The position numbers and the translations under genes are program-made. From an uncultured Acidobacteriota bacterium (lineage in GTDB: Bacteria > Acidobacteriota > UBA6911), in NCBI GenBank assembly GCA_963809485.1, contig CAWEJX010000020.1, positions 864,001 through 928,000 of the forward strand: a DNA stretch of 64,000 nt. The letters run 5' to 3'. Under the pieces are notes generated by a model. The model saw only the letters and a list, made by a program, of their open reading frames with translations, did no database searches and was not told the DNA's origin. Positions 13,787 through 23,689 of this stretch are shown piece by piece (the stretch's first letter is position 1; the number at the start of each line of letters is the position of its first letter).

Positions 13787-14212
13787 ATGAGATCCAAGCT
13801 AGGGGTTATTTTATTGGGTATCCTGATATTCCTGCTCGGGGGAATTGCGGGTGCAGTGACCCATTATCTATACCGGGAGCATCTGAAGGCAGCCTTCTTC
13901 AAAGCCGCAAAACGCCCTCCGGACATCGTGGGAGGCCTGGCACGGGAACTGAGGCTTGACGCCCGGCAAACCGAATTATTGCGAGCCATTTTTGACGATA
14001 GCCGCAAGCGCTATATGGATCTTTCCCAGCAATTCTGGCCGCAATACGACACGATAAGAAAAGAAACCGACCAGCAGATCAAAGACATCCTGAACGAGGA
14101 TCAGAAAGCTCGGTACGAAGCCTTTCTGAAAAAGATTCAGCCTCCCCCGCCCATGCCGCCGGATAGAGGTAAGAAGCCCAATCCGCCGCAGGATTTCAAT
14201 CCCGCGAAATGA
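13787..14212 (+). CDS. Membrane-anchored Spy/CpxP-like periplasmic protein
   Basis: N-terminal TM, LRLDARQ and ILNEDQ (LTxxQ-like) motifs, Pro-rich tail. Confidence 0.6.
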   Translation: MRSKLGVILLGILIFLLGGIAGAVTHYLYREHLKAAFFKAAKRPPDIVGGLARELRLDARQTELLRAIFDDSRKRYMDLSQQFWPQYDTIRKETDQQIKDILNEDQKARYEAFLKKIQPPPPMPPDRGKKPNPPQDFNPAK

Positions 14213-14245
14213 ATCCGCAGTTCCCCCGTAAAGCCATGATGCAGG

Positions 14246-15031
14246 TCAGCGTACCGTGCGGGCAACGGTCAGTATCGAAACCCGCCGGGCACCCCCTTCC
14301 AGAAGCGCCCGGGCAGCGCTTGCAGCCGTTGCGCCCGTCGTCATCACATCATCGATAAGCAGGATGCGCTTGGTTGAGACACGCCGGGGTTTCACGCAGC
14401 GAAACGCTCCCCGAACATTTTCCAGGCGCTGGGAATCGCTGAGCCCGACCTGCGGAAGGGTTGACCGGACGCGTCGCAGGATATCGTTTTCAACCGGAAC
14501 GGCAACCTGCCGCGCAAGCAGGCGCGCCAAAAGCTCCGACTGGTTGTATCCGCGGTCGCGAGTGCGTTTGGCATGAAGCGGAATGGGCGCGACCAGGTCA
14601 AATTCCTCTCTTCCCCATGAGTCATAAAAGGCATCGGCCAGGAGGGGAGCAAGAAGACCGGCAAGGTTTCGCCTGCCGAGAAATTTCAGCCCCCGTATGA
14701 TCGCGCTCAGCTCCGCAGTATAGTAGCCGAAAGACCGCGCTCCTGCATACGGCGGCGCTTGCAGGATACAGTTGCCGCAAAGGTATTCGGAATCCTCCTG
14801 GAAATTATATAAAGGCAGTCCGCAGGATGGGCACCGGGGCGGCTTGATTTTGAGGGCAACGGCTTTGTTCCAGCAGCTTGTGCAAATCCCGCAATCGGCA
14901 TGACGGGCCAGCGGAACAGCGCATATAAAGCAGTTCTCGGGGTACAGCAGGTTCAGGAGGCTGTCCAGTATCCTGCGGATGCCCGAATCCGGCACGTCCC
15001 GTGCTGTGGGAAAATATGGTTTTGGAGCCAC
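14246..15031 (-). CDS. comF: ComF-family protein (double zinc ribbon plus PRTase)
   Basis: Several CxxC pairs, RGYNQS, LLIDDVMTTGAT. Confidence 0.9.
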   Translation of the reverse strand: MAPKPYFPTARDVPDSGIRRILDSLLNLLYPENCFICAVPLARHADCGICTSCWNKAVALKIKPPRCPSCGLPLYNFQEDSEYLCGNCILQAPPYAGARSFGYYTAELSAIIRGLKFLGRRNLAGLLAPLLADAFYDSWGREEFDLVAPIPLHAKRTRDRGYNQSELLARLLARQVAVPVENDILRRVRSTLPQVGLSDSQRLENVRGAFRCVKPRRVSTKRILLIDDVMTTGATAASAARALLEGGARRVSILTVARTVR

Positions 15032-15185
15032 TGGAAACCGTCAAGCCCCGGAAGGCTATTGAGTTCGGAAGAACATAGAGCCGCATAAATGCTCAGCGGC
15101 CCCGGGACATGGAAGCCGGCAGTCAGAAGCCGAAAAATCCCTTCAAAAATCCGACCCAAAACAGGCCGGCCCCCCATTCAGAGAG

Positions 15186-15542
15186 TTACTCCTTCAGCAG
15201 GCCTTTCTCAAGCAGATCCTGGCACTGAATGCAAAGCGCTGTCCAAGGAACGGCTTCAAGTCTTTTCAGCTGGATTTCGTTTTCGCAGTGGACGCAGGTT
15301 CCATAGGAACTATCATCGATGCGGTCAAGCGCCTCCTGTATGAGCTGCAGAATCTGCCGGTCGCCGGCGCTCTTGCCGAACAGGAACTCCTTCGTGTACG
15401 ACTCGACGGCCATGTCGCCCATATCCTGTATGTTCTGATCCTTTTCACGGCCGTAGCCCTCGGTTCTCTGAACCATGTCGGTCAAAGAGAGTCTTTTCTG
15501 CAACAGCTTCTCTTTGAAATTGCTCAGTTGTTTCGCATCCAT
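15186..15542 (-). CDS. DksA/TraR-family C4 zinc-finger protein
   Basis: DMGDMA coiled-coil tip, CVHC...RLEAVPW...CIQC. Confidence 0.9.
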   Translation of the reverse strand: MDAKQLSNFKEKLLQKRLSLTDMVQRTEGYGREKDQNIQDMGDMAVESYTKEFLFGKSAGDRQILQLIQEALDRIDDSSYGTCVHCENEIQLKRLEAVPWTALCIQCQDLLEKGLLKE

Positions 15543-15609
15543 GGTATCTATCCCTGCTCCATTCCAGCCGTTCCATCGGGCAGCGGTTCGTCTTCCGCCT
15601 CAGATTCAT

Positions 15610-16095
15610 TCAACTTTGGCGGACGCCCTTGTGATAGGGAATCCGCCGCATGATACACAAAGCGCGGTAAACCTGCTCGAGCAAAAGCGCCCGGCACATT
15701 TCATGAGTCCAGGTCATCTTCCCCAGGGATAGGACGGTGTTGGCCCGGCTGCAAATTGCGGGACTCAGGCCTTCCGGGCCCCCGATGACGAAAGTGACCG
15801 CACGTGCCCCGGCATTCTGCTCGGTTTCAAGCCAGCGGGCAAAACCAGGTGAAGTGTATTGCATGCCCGTTTCATCAAGCGCAACCAGCCGCCCGTGCTC
15901 CGGCAGATGCCTGGCGAGTTCCTCCCCTTCCAGGGAGACGAGATGAACCGCATCCAGAGACCGTCCTTTTGCCGGATCCCGCAGCTCCAAAACTTCGCAG
16001 GGCACCATGCGGCGAATTCTATCCAGATAGTCCGCCATCAGCTCTCTTATCGATGCGTTCTTCGTCTTCCCGATCCATAGAAATTTTAATTGCAT
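15610..16095 (-). CDS. rlmH: 23S rRNA (pseudouridine1915-N3)-methyltransferase
   Basis: FVIGGPEGL, SLGKMTWTHE..R.LLLEQVYRA...PYH. Confidence 0.95.
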   Translation of the reverse strand: MQLKFLWIGKTKNASIRELMADYLDRIRRMVPCEVLELRDPAKGRSLDAVHLVSLEGEELARHLPEHGRLVALDETGMQYTSPGFARWLETEQNAGARAVTFVIGGPEGLSPAICSRANTVLSLGKMTWTHEMCRALLLEQVYRALCIMRRIPYHKGVRQS

Positions 16096-16125
16096 AGAAC
16101 AAAGGAGCCTGTCGGAAACTGGAAC

Positions 16126-16515
16126 CTACCGGATCTTTTTGGCTTTCCTCTCGCCCGGCTTCGGCTTTTCCCGGAGCATCTCCTCTACATCCAGTTTTTT
16201 CCCATCTCTCCAAAGCCTCTCCAGATCGTAATAGATTCGGGCATTCTTCGAGAAAATGTGGACCACCAGATCGATGTAATCCATCAGAATCCATTCCGCA
16301 TTCTGATAGCCTTCCACATGGGACGGCCGGATGCCGCATGCCTTGAGCCGTTGCTCCACCTCATCGGCGATTGCCTGCATCTGGCGCGAAGAATCCCCTG
16401 TGCAGATTAGGAAGTGATCGGCAAAGGAGGCGATTGCTGAAATATCCAGTGCGACGAGGTCATGAGCCTTCTTATCATCCGCTGCTTTGAGGGCAATCTT
16501 CAGGGCATCAGTCAT
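16126..16515 (-). CDS. rsfS: Ribosome silencing factor
   Basis: DKKA.D, WILMDY.D.VVHIF, YYDLERLW. Confidence 0.95.
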   Translation of the reverse strand: MTDALKIALKAADDKKAHDLVALDISAIASFADHFLICTGDSSRQMQAIADEVEQRLKACGIRPSHVEGYQNAEWILMDYIDLVVHIFSKNARIYYDLERLWRDGKKLDVEEMLREKPKPGERKAKKIR

Positions 16516-17198
16516 CTTCCACCATACAAATGAAGTTTTTGGATATATTCGCTCACGGGACCGGGTACCTTCCTGTGAATGGGCTTCCCCGCGCTTACCA
16601 GGTCCCGTATGCCGGTTGCGGAGATATTCGGGGCGCCTACATCCACAATATAGATATGACTTTCGCCTTTAGCCTCTTCCGCCAGGCGGCGCCGTATCTC
16701 AGCCTCGTCCAAGCCGGTGAAATCGCGCACGCGGCCCGCGGCTTGCGCGGGGAGCACCTTGACAGGATTGGCAGCCGCCGTCCCGGGGCGGAGGGCGAAA
16801 ATGAAATTATAGGCGGTCAAAAGCTTCTCGCTTTCACGCCAGGACTTCACCTCGAGCAATGAGTCGCCGCCGGCTATGAAGAAAAGCACCCCGTGAGTCT
16901 GCTCGACCTGGCGCGCCAGCTTGCTCATCGTGTCGACGGAAAATGAACTGGCTTGCGGCTCCAGTTCCACGAGAGAAGGAACGAACGCAGGCTCCTCGGC
17001 CGTTGCCAGGCTGACCATCGCATACCGGTGCAGAAGCGGTATCAGCTCTTCCAAAGGCTTGTGCGGAGGTGTCGTGGCCACAACAAAGCGCACTTCGGAA
17101 AGGGAAAAAAGCTGTCGCACAGACCGGGCGATATGCAGGTGCCCGAAATGGACCGGATTGAATGTGCCGCCCAACACTCCCATCCTGACAATTGCCAA
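16512..17198 (-). CDS. nadD: Nicotinate-nucleotide adenylyltransferase
   Basis: GGTFNPVHFGH, PPHK, ISATGIR; TTG start with GGAGG 9 nt upstream. Confidence 0.93.
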   Translation of the reverse strand: MAIVRMGVLGGTFNPVHFGHLHIARSVRQLFSLSEVRFVVATTPPHKPLEELIPLLHRYAMVSLATAEEPAFVPSLVELEPQASSFSVDTMSKLARQVEQTHGVLFFIAGGDSLLEVKSWRESEKLLTAYNFIFALRPGTAAANPVKVLPAQAAGRVRDFTGLDEAEIRRRLAEEAKGESHIYIVDVGAPNISATGIRDLVSAGKPIHRKVPGPVSEYIQKLHLYGGR

Positions 17199-17373
17199 TG
17201 CGCGCGACCTCCCGGCCCATAGAGTATCAACAGCCTGCCTAAAATTGCACGAACTCAGTTTCTCTGCCACACTGGATTTCGCGGCTGCCTTTTCCCCTTT
17301 GATGAAATTCAGACATTCATAATATTTAATTCGGGGAGAAAAAGGGAACATCCTATGCAGGATTTTTTCCAGC

Positions 17374-18366
17374 TCAGTCGGCCAGCATCCTGTCCAGGGT
17401 TCTTACAAGCTCCTGGATTCCCTGTCCTGTGACGGCGGAAATGGACAGAAAAGGCAGCTTGCGCCGGGTGCACATGGCTTTGAGGCGCGACAGCCTGCGG
17501 GGATCGTCCACAACATCCATTTTTGACGCGACCACCAGCTGCTTCCGTTCCAGAAGGTCGCTGTTAAACAGGGCAAGTTCCCTGACGATAGTCCGGTAGT
17601 CCGAAACCGGATCCCGGGCCGGGTCTGAAGCATCGATCAGATGGACCAGCACCCGCGTCCGCTCCACATGCTTTAAAAACTGGTCTCCCAATCCGCGGCC
17701 CGCATGCGCACCTGCAACCAGACCCGGAATATCAGCAACCACAAAGCTCCGGTATTCGTCGACCCGCACAACCCCGAGGTGCGGCACAAGCGTTGTAAAG
17801 GCATAATCGGCGATTTTGGGCTTTGCCGAGCTGATGCGCGAGATGAGAGTCGACTTGCCGACGTTGGGGAACCCGACCAGGCCGACATCCGCGATGAGCT
17901 TGAGGCTCAGCGACAACTCCATCTCTTCACCGGCCTGTCCCGGCTCGACCCGCCTGGGCGCCTGGTTGACCGAAGTGGCAAAACGGGCGTTGCCTCTCCC
18001 TCCACGGCCTCCGGCCGCGATTTTCAGCCGTTCGCCAATCCTTGAAAAATCGTACATCATCACGTGTTCCGGTTCTCTGAAAACCTGGGTGCCCGGCGGG
18101 ATGAGAATCGTGAGATCCTGTCCATCCTTGCCGTGCCGATTGTCCCCTTCTCCATGGCGCCCGCGCTGTGCCTTAAAAATGCGCTTGTATTGAAAATGAA
18201 GGAGCGTATTCACCCGCGCGGAGCATTCCAGATAAACATCTCCTCCCCTCCCGCCATCGCCGCCGCTGGGCCCGCCCTTGGGCACAAACTTCTCCCGGCG
18301 GAAGGCAAGGCAGCCGTTGCCTCCGTTTCCTGCAATTACCTGTATTTTTGCCCGATCAATGAACAA
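17374..18366 (-). CDS. obgE: GTPase ObgE
   Basis: Gly-rich Obg fold, [14 protein letters not shown]. Confidence 0.97.
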   Translation of the reverse strand: MFIDRAKIQVIAGNGGNGCLAFRREKFVPKGGPSGGDGGRGGDVYLECSARVNTLLHFQYKRIFKAQRGRHGEGDNRHGKDGQDLTILIPPGTQVFREPEHVMMYDFSRIGERLKIAAGGRGGRGNARFATSVNQAPRRVEPGQAGEEMELSLSLKLIADVGLVGFPNVGKSTLISRISSAKPKIADYAFTTLVPHLGVVRVDEYRSFVVADIPGLVAGAHAGRGLGDQFLKHVERTRVLVHLIDASDPARDPVSDYRTIVRELALFNSDLLERKQLVVASKMDVVDDPRRLSRLKAMCTRRKLPFLSISAVTGQGIQELVRTLDRMLAD

Positions 18367-18587
18367 TGGCGAAATCCTGCCGCTCCCGGTTCGGGGATCC
18401 GGCGCGCTACATGTGATGCTGCAATAATATTGCTGGTCCTGGAACCCAGAAGCAAGGAGTTAGAAGTCCGGTCCTAACCTCTGCGGTTCGACATTCGATA
18501 TTTGATATTCAGTATTTTACTCATTGTCAGAACCGGTGGATCTCCCAATGGCTTGGGGATTTCGCCGACCTCCGGCATGTTCCGGAT

Positions 18588-18615
18588 AAAAAAAAAGGAC
18601 CCCGAAATGGGGTCC
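18588..18615 (-). terminator. Rho-independent terminator after rpmA
   Basis: Minus strand GGACCCC-atttc-GGGGTCC followed by a T9 tract. Confidence 0.85.
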
Positions 18616-18643
18616 CGCCGGCACCGGCAATAATCCCGGCTCA

Positions 18644-18901
18644 TCAGGCTTGCGTCTCAATGTGCACGAATTTGCCCAGGCGGCCCCGGTCCTGAAATTT
18701 TACGATTCCGGACACTTTGGCAAACAGCGTGTCGTCGCTGCCGATACCGACATTCAGCCCGGGTTTATACCGGGTGCCTCTCTGCCGGACGATAATAGTT
18801 CCGCCATTCACAAGCTGACCGGCAAAACGTTTAATGCCCAGCCTTTGGGCCTGGCTGTCTCTTCCGTTCCTGGAGCTCCCCACTCCCTTTTTGTGTGCCA
18901 T
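18644..18901 (-). CDS. rpmA: 50S ribosomal protein L27
   Basis: [16 protein letters not shown]. Confidence 0.98.
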   Translation of the reverse strand: MAHKKGVGSSRNGRDSQAQRLGIKRFAGQLVNGGTIIVRQRGTRYKPGLNVGIGSDDTLFAKVSGIVKFQDRGRLGKFVHIETQA

Positions 18902-18910
18902 AGGTACCTC

Positions 18911-19228
18911 TTAGCCTGCTGAATTGATTTTTTCGATGAGGACTTGCGAATGCTGCTGGCGATGCCCGCGGGTGCGGCGATACTGCTTCTTTTTCTTGTT
19001 TTTGAAAACCAGGACCTTGTCGTCCTTGCCCTGGGACTGCAGGACGCCCAGCACCGACGCTCCCTCAACCAGGGGCCGGCCGATGATAGTCTTATCTTCC
19101 GTCTTTATCAGAAGCACGTCCTTGAACTCGACCGGAGCGCCCTGCTCAATGTCGAGCTTCTCCACACGGATCACTTCCCCTTCGGAAACGCGATACTGCT
19201 TTCCGCCGCTCATTATGACTGCATACAC
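18911..19228 (-). CDS. rplU: 50S ribosomal protein L21
   Basis: MYAVI.SGGKQYRV, GHRQ. Confidence 0.98.
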   Translation of the reverse strand: MYAVIMSGGKQYRVSEGEVIRVEKLDIEQGAPVEFKDVLLIKTEDKTIIGRPLVEGASVLGVLQSQGKDDKVLVFKNKKKKQYRRTRGHRQQHSQVLIEKINSAG

Positions 19229-19339
19229 GGTTTCACCTCCTGGGGCGAAATAGGTGATTTAACCAAGAAGCGGCCCAAAAGGCAATACCAAATCCAGCCT
19301 AAGCCGACGAAATTTGCACGTTCTGCCGGCAGAGCGCTA

Positions 19340-20767
19340 TTACGGGACTGCGGACGGAGAAGCCTCGGGCAGAGATACTTCAAAAATTGTTCCCGAATCC
19401 GCCTGGCTTGACACGCGGATCGTGCCGTTGTGCCCTTCAATAATCCATTTTACAAAAGCCAGGCCCAGCCCCAGGCCTTCAGCGCCAAGCCTTCGGGCTT
19501 TATCCGCACGATAAAACCGATCGAAGATGTGAGGAAGATCCTGGGGTGAAATCCCAATGCCGTTATCCTTGATTTGCAGCCGTATCGTAGAGGCTTCTCT
19601 TTCGGCCGAGACTTCAACTAAGCTTCCGTCTTTGGAATATTTTACGGCATTTTCGAGCAAATTATACAAGGCCCGGCCAATCCAGAGCCGATCCGCCATA
19701 ATCCACAACTGCGGCGCTTCATTCAGATCGATTCTGATCGCCCGGCCTGCGGCCAGAATGCGCATTCGGTCCACGACTTCCCTCAAAAGCGCCCCGATAT
19801 GGACAGGCTGACGCACGAGCACCTGTTTTCCGGTTTCGGCCTCGGAGATAAGCAACAGATCGTCCACGATGCGCGTCAGGCGGTCGATTTCCTCCAGGTT
19901 GCTCGACAATAAGGAGCTGATCTCCTCCGTATTTTCCGGCGATCTCAGGGCGACTTCGGTCTCTCCTCTGAGAATCGCAAGCGGCGTCCTGAGTTCATGG
20001 GCAACTTCGGCATTGAACTTCCGCACCTGCTGAAAAAACTCATCCAGGCGCCCGGCCGTATTGTTAAATGCCTGCACCAGGCGCTGTATCTCGATTTCCT
20101 TGTGTCTTGTGGCGATCCGGGTGTTCAGGGTCTCATGGGTAATTTTCTCGGCGGCCTGGGCAATTTCATCAAATGGCTTGAGAGTACGTCCCACCAGGTA
20201 CGAGCCGACCATAACGCATATAGCCAGAACAAACGGAAGCAGGAACACATCCGAGACCCGCAGATCGTGGAGGAAACCTCTCAGCCGTTCCATGGATCGG
20301 CCGACATGAAGAACCGCCGGCTCTGCAAAGATTCCCGGCGGCAGCAAAACACTCACAAAGCGGAACTCCGTAGCCTCGGCAATGGCCAATGTGGCCAGTC
20401 CCTCATTTTGCCTGAGGATGCCTGCCCATTCATCTTTGCGCGTCATCAGCGAGTAGATATACTTACTGTGCGAGTCCTCCCGCAGGATGCGTCCCTGCAA
20501 ATCGGTCACGACCGCGAAAGATTCCATCTCCTGCATTTTCAGGGCATCCCGCTCGCTCAAACCCTCTACCGGCCAGGAGAATCCTCCCTGGTCAATCCGC
20601 AGTCGAGAGGCAAAGAGCCTTGCGTCCCCGAGCAAGGTTTCGTCGAAACTCTTTTGCGAACGATAGCTGACAACCTGGTAGCGAATCAGGAAGATGCAGA
20701 AGGCGGATAGTGCAATTGCCGCCCCGTATAGCCAGATTAGTTTAAGGCGGAGGCTTTGGAAATTCAC
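19340..20767 (-). CDS. Sensor histidine kinase (CusS-like, HAMP domain)
   Basis: Two TM segments, AHELRTPL H-box, N/G1/F/G2 boxes. Confidence 0.92.
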   Translation of the reverse strand: MNFQSLRLKLIWLYGAAIALSAFCIFLIRYQVVSYRSQKSFDETLLGDARLFASRLRIDQGGFSWPVEGLSERDALKMQEMESFAVVTDLQGRILREDSHSKYIYSLMTRKDEWAGILRQNEGLATLAIAEATEFRFVSVLLPPGIFAEPAVLHVGRSMERLRGFLHDLRVSDVFLLPFVLAICVMVGSYLVGRTLKPFDEIAQAAEKITHETLNTRIATRHKEIEIQRLVQAFNNTAGRLDEFFQQVRKFNAEVAHELRTPLAILRGETEVALRSPENTEEISSLLSSNLEEIDRLTRIVDDLLLISEAETGKQVLVRQPVHIGALLREVVDRMRILAAGRAIRIDLNEAPQLWIMADRLWIGRALYNLLENAVKYSKDGSLVEVSAEREASTIRLQIKDNGIGISPQDLPHIFDRFYRADKARRLGAEGLGLGLAFVKWIIEGHNGTIRVSSQADSGTIFEVSLPEASPSAVP

Positions 20768-20772
20768 GTTGA

Positions 20773-21441
20773 TCAGCCGCGGAGCATATAACCGACGCCT
20801 CGGATCGTTTGGATTAGGTGAGGCTCGAACTCCCGGTCAATTTTATTGCGCAGGTAGTTAATATAAACATCCACCACATTGGTAAAGCTGTCGAAGCTTT
20901 CATCCCAGACGTTTTCTACAATCATATCGCGGGTAACAATCTGGTTTTTGTTTTTCAGGAGGTATTCAAGGAGCAGGAATTCCTTGTTCGAAAGTTCGAT
21001 GGCTTTGCCGGCCCGTGTTGCCCTGCGCTTGAGCGGATTGAGAACCAGGTCGGCGGCGCGCAACTCCAGCGCGGCTGAAGCATCCCCCCGCCTGAACTGA
21101 ACCTGTATGCGGGCCAGCAGCTCGGCGAACGAAAAAGGCTTGGTCAGGTAATCGTCGCAGCCGAGATTGAGCCCCTGAACCCGGTCCTCCACCGACGTTT
21201 TTGCCGTCAGGGCGATGATGGGGATCAAAGGCTTGCGCTCGCGGAACCGGGGAATCAGGTCCAGACCGCTCATTTTGGGAAGCATCAGGTCCAGCAGGAT
21301 CAAATCGAAGTTATCGCTGCGGACCTTTTCGGTAGCTTCTTCCCCGTCCGCGGCGATGTCCACCTCGTAGTCCGACTGCTCAAGCCCCTTTTTTAAAAAA
21401 CCGGCGACCTTGGGTTCATCTTCGATGATCAATATTTTCAT
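20773..21441 (-). CDS. OmpR-family response regulator (CusR-like)
   Basis: Receiver (LDLMLP, DDYLTKPF) plus winged helix (IQTIRGVGY). Confidence 0.95.
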   Translation of the reverse strand: MKILIIEDEPKVAGFLKKGLEQSDYEVDIAADGEEATEKVRSDNFDLILLDLMLPKMSGLDLIPRFRERKPLIPIIALTAKTSVEDRVQGLNLGCDDYLTKPFSFAELLARIQVQFRRGDASAALELRAADLVLNPLKRRATRAGKAIELSNKEFLLLEYLLKNKNQIVTRDMIVENVWDESFDSFTNVVDVYINYLRNKIDREFEPHLIQTIRGVGYMLRG

Positions 21442-21587
21442 GAATTTCCCCCAGTCTTATAAAAACACCTGATTCCATTTTACGACAAAATTCATTCATT
21501 ATTGGAAATTTTAAGATTCCATATGAGGGATTCCAGGCTCATGGGCTCGATGGCCGCAGGACGCCGTCGGAGGTTTTGGATCCATCA

Positions 21588-22697
21588 TCAAATATTAAAG
21601 CGGAACAAAATGACGTCGCCTTCCTGAACCCTGTACTCTTTGCCTTCCAGGCGCAGTACACCCTTGCTTTTTGCGGCCTGGAAGGATCCAAGCCGGATCA
21701 TATCCTCGAAAGTAACCACTTCAGCCTTGATGAAGCCCTTTTCGATATCCGTGTGGATCACTCCAGCCGCCTGCATGGCTGTGGTGTTGCGGGGAATAGT
21801 CCAGGCCCTTGCCTCAGGCTCACCTGCCGTGTAGAAAGAGAAGACCCCCAGGAGACTGTAGGATTTTTGAATGATGCGCTCCAGCGCGTTGCCCTCAATC
21901 CCGAGATCTTCCATGAAAATTTTCGCATCTTCAGGCGCAAGGGCGGCTATTTCCGACTCGATCTTGCCGCAGACGGCAGTGATCCCTACGTTGCGCATCG
22001 ATGCCTGTTTTTGCAGCCCGAATTCCTCGACAGCGCGCCCGATTTTGGCGGCATCCTGATCCCCGACGTTAAGAACAAGCAGAATCGGTTTTGCCGAAAG
22101 AAAGGTAAAACCTCTGACACGCTTTTCTTCTTCCGGAGCCAGTTCCAGATCCCGCAGCGGCTGTTCCGTTTCCAGCGCCTCCTTGAAACGCTTCAGAATC
22201 TCGTTTTCCATTTCAAGCTCGGACGACTTGATCTTTTTCAGGTCTTTGGCAAGGCGCTCCAGGCGCTTCTCCACGATCGCCAGGTCCGAAAAAATCATCT
22301 CGAGCTCGAATAGCCCGATATCGCGCAGCGGATCTACCGTCCCTTCGGCATGCGGAAGATTGGGATCTTCAAAGGCACGCACCACGTGAAGAAGAGTATC
22401 AACATTTTTCAGGCTATTAAGATAGGTGGACATTTCCTTGCCCTGGCCCTCCAATGCCGCCTTCCCTTCGCCCCGGGAAAGCCCGGGCAGATCCACATAC
22501 TCCACGGTGGCATAGGTGACCTTCTGGGGACGCACTATTTCAGCCAGGCGGTCCAGTCGGGAATCAGGGACATGGGCGGTTCCGATATGAGCTTCTCTAC
22601 CCCCCCCCCAGGACGAAGTATCGATACGTCCCTGCGTTAAAAGCTTGAAAATGGTAGTTTTCCCCACCTGAGGCAAGCCGACGATCCCGATTTTCAT
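21588..22697 (-). CDS. ychF: Redox-regulated ATPase YchF
   Basis: GIVGLPQVGKT, AAGVIHTD.EKGFIKAEV, LEGKEY.VQEGD. Confidence 0.95.
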   Translation of the reverse strand: MKIGIVGLPQVGKTTIFKLLTQGRIDTSSWGGGREAHIGTAHVPDSRLDRLAEIVRPQKVTYATVEYVDLPGLSRGEGKAALEGQGKEMSTYLNSLKNVDTLLHVVRAFEDPNLPHAEGTVDPLRDIGLFELEMIFSDLAIVEKRLERLAKDLKKIKSSELEMENEILKRFKEALETEQPLRDLELAPEEEKRVRGFTFLSAKPILLVLNVGDQDAAKIGRAVEEFGLQKQASMRNVGITAVCGKIESEIAALAPEDAKIFMEDLGIEGNALERIIQKSYSLLGVFSFYTAGEPEARAWTIPRNTTAMQAAGVIHTDIEKGFIKAEVVTFEDMIRLGSFQAAKSKGVLRLEGKEYRVQEGDVILFRFNI

Positions 22698-22734
22698 ATT
22701 TCATCCTCAATAAATCCCGTCATGTTATCACAAA

Positions 22735-22925
22735 AAAAATGCATGGGACGCATTTCTCGTGGCTGCATTACCGATGTGTCTCAGGCGGGAATTCGCCGTC
22801 CCGAACCAAGGTTTCAGGTTCCAGGCGGTTGCAGTTGTCAGACCCGTGGTCCGTAAGCTGTAACATGAGGCGAAATTCCGTCCAACCTCTTGGGAACCGG
22901 CTAAATGCAGCCCTTGCCGCCAATA
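22735..22925 (-). ncRNA. ssrS: Probable 6S RNA with terminator
   Basis: Closing stem GGCTGCATT/AATGCAGCC, inner stem CGGAATTTCGCC/GGCGAATTCCCG, GAACC..GGTTC hairpin, about 170 nt long, followed by a hairpin and T-tract. Confidence 0.6.
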
Positions 22926-23072
22926 TTTGCTATTTAATAATGGAGCATCACGGGATCCGGGGCAGCCCAGAATGCCGGGCTATGTATTTTCATTGTTATC
23001 CCTTTCTATTCCATACACATAGGCAACAACCACCTGGATAGTACAAATAATTGTAGAGAAAACACTATTTTC

Positions 23073-23130
23073 TTGACACACGCATAGCATCAGAATTATT
23101 GTCTTGTGGTCAGAGGTGGTCAGAGGTGGT
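23073..23130 (+). promoter_or_regulatory. dcw promoter with MraZ-type operator repeats
   Basis: TTGACA (23073), TATTGT (23097), then three GTGGT boxes with a 10-bp period at 23106, 23116 and 23126. Confidence 0.75.
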
Positions 23131-23207
23131 ACAAAAGGGCCATCCAGGCACGATTTCCACTAAAAGTTAATTCATTAGCACAATAGCTGACGCAATGCGA
23201 GTTTGAT

Positions 23208-23648
23208 ATGCTTTGGGGCAGATATTCGGCGAAGATTGACGACAAATCCCGCTTGCGGCTGCCCGCGAAATTCCGCCGTGATCTGCCGGAGACTGAAGAT
23301 AACACCTATTACGTAACCAGCGATGACGGCCAATGCGCCCAGATTTATCCCGTACCGGTTTGGCGGCGGGTGGCTCAGAAATTCCAGGAGCCTCCGCGGA
23401 TGGATCCGGCCAAATTGAAGCTGGAGCGATTCACGAGTTATTACGGCCTTCTCACCCCAATGGATCCTCAGGGCAGAATCCTGATACCGCAGTCGCTCCG
23501 CGAAGACGCCCAGATTTCCGGGGACGTTATTGTGCTCGGCAAGAGTGACCACCTCGAGGTATGGAACGTCGAAGTATTCAAAAAGGGCCTGAAGGAAAAT
23601 CCTCTCACCGAGGCGGAGCGTGAGAGATTAGCCTCGCAAGGGTTTTAG
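23208..23648 (+). CDS. mraZ: Division/cell wall cluster transcriptional repressor MraZ
   Basis: IDDKSRLRLP and MDPQGRILIP repeats; first gene of the cluster. Confidence 0.93.
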   Translation: MLWGRYSAKIDDKSRLRLPAKFRRDLPETEDNTYYVTSDDGQCAQIYPVPVWRRVAQKFQEPPRMDPAKLKLERFTSYYGLLTPMDPQGRILIPQSLREDAQISGDVIVLGKSDHLEVWNVEVFKKGLKENPLTEAERERLASQGF

Positions 23649-23689
23649 GAATACACGGGGATAAGGTGAGAGCTGCAGCCCGGAAACAC

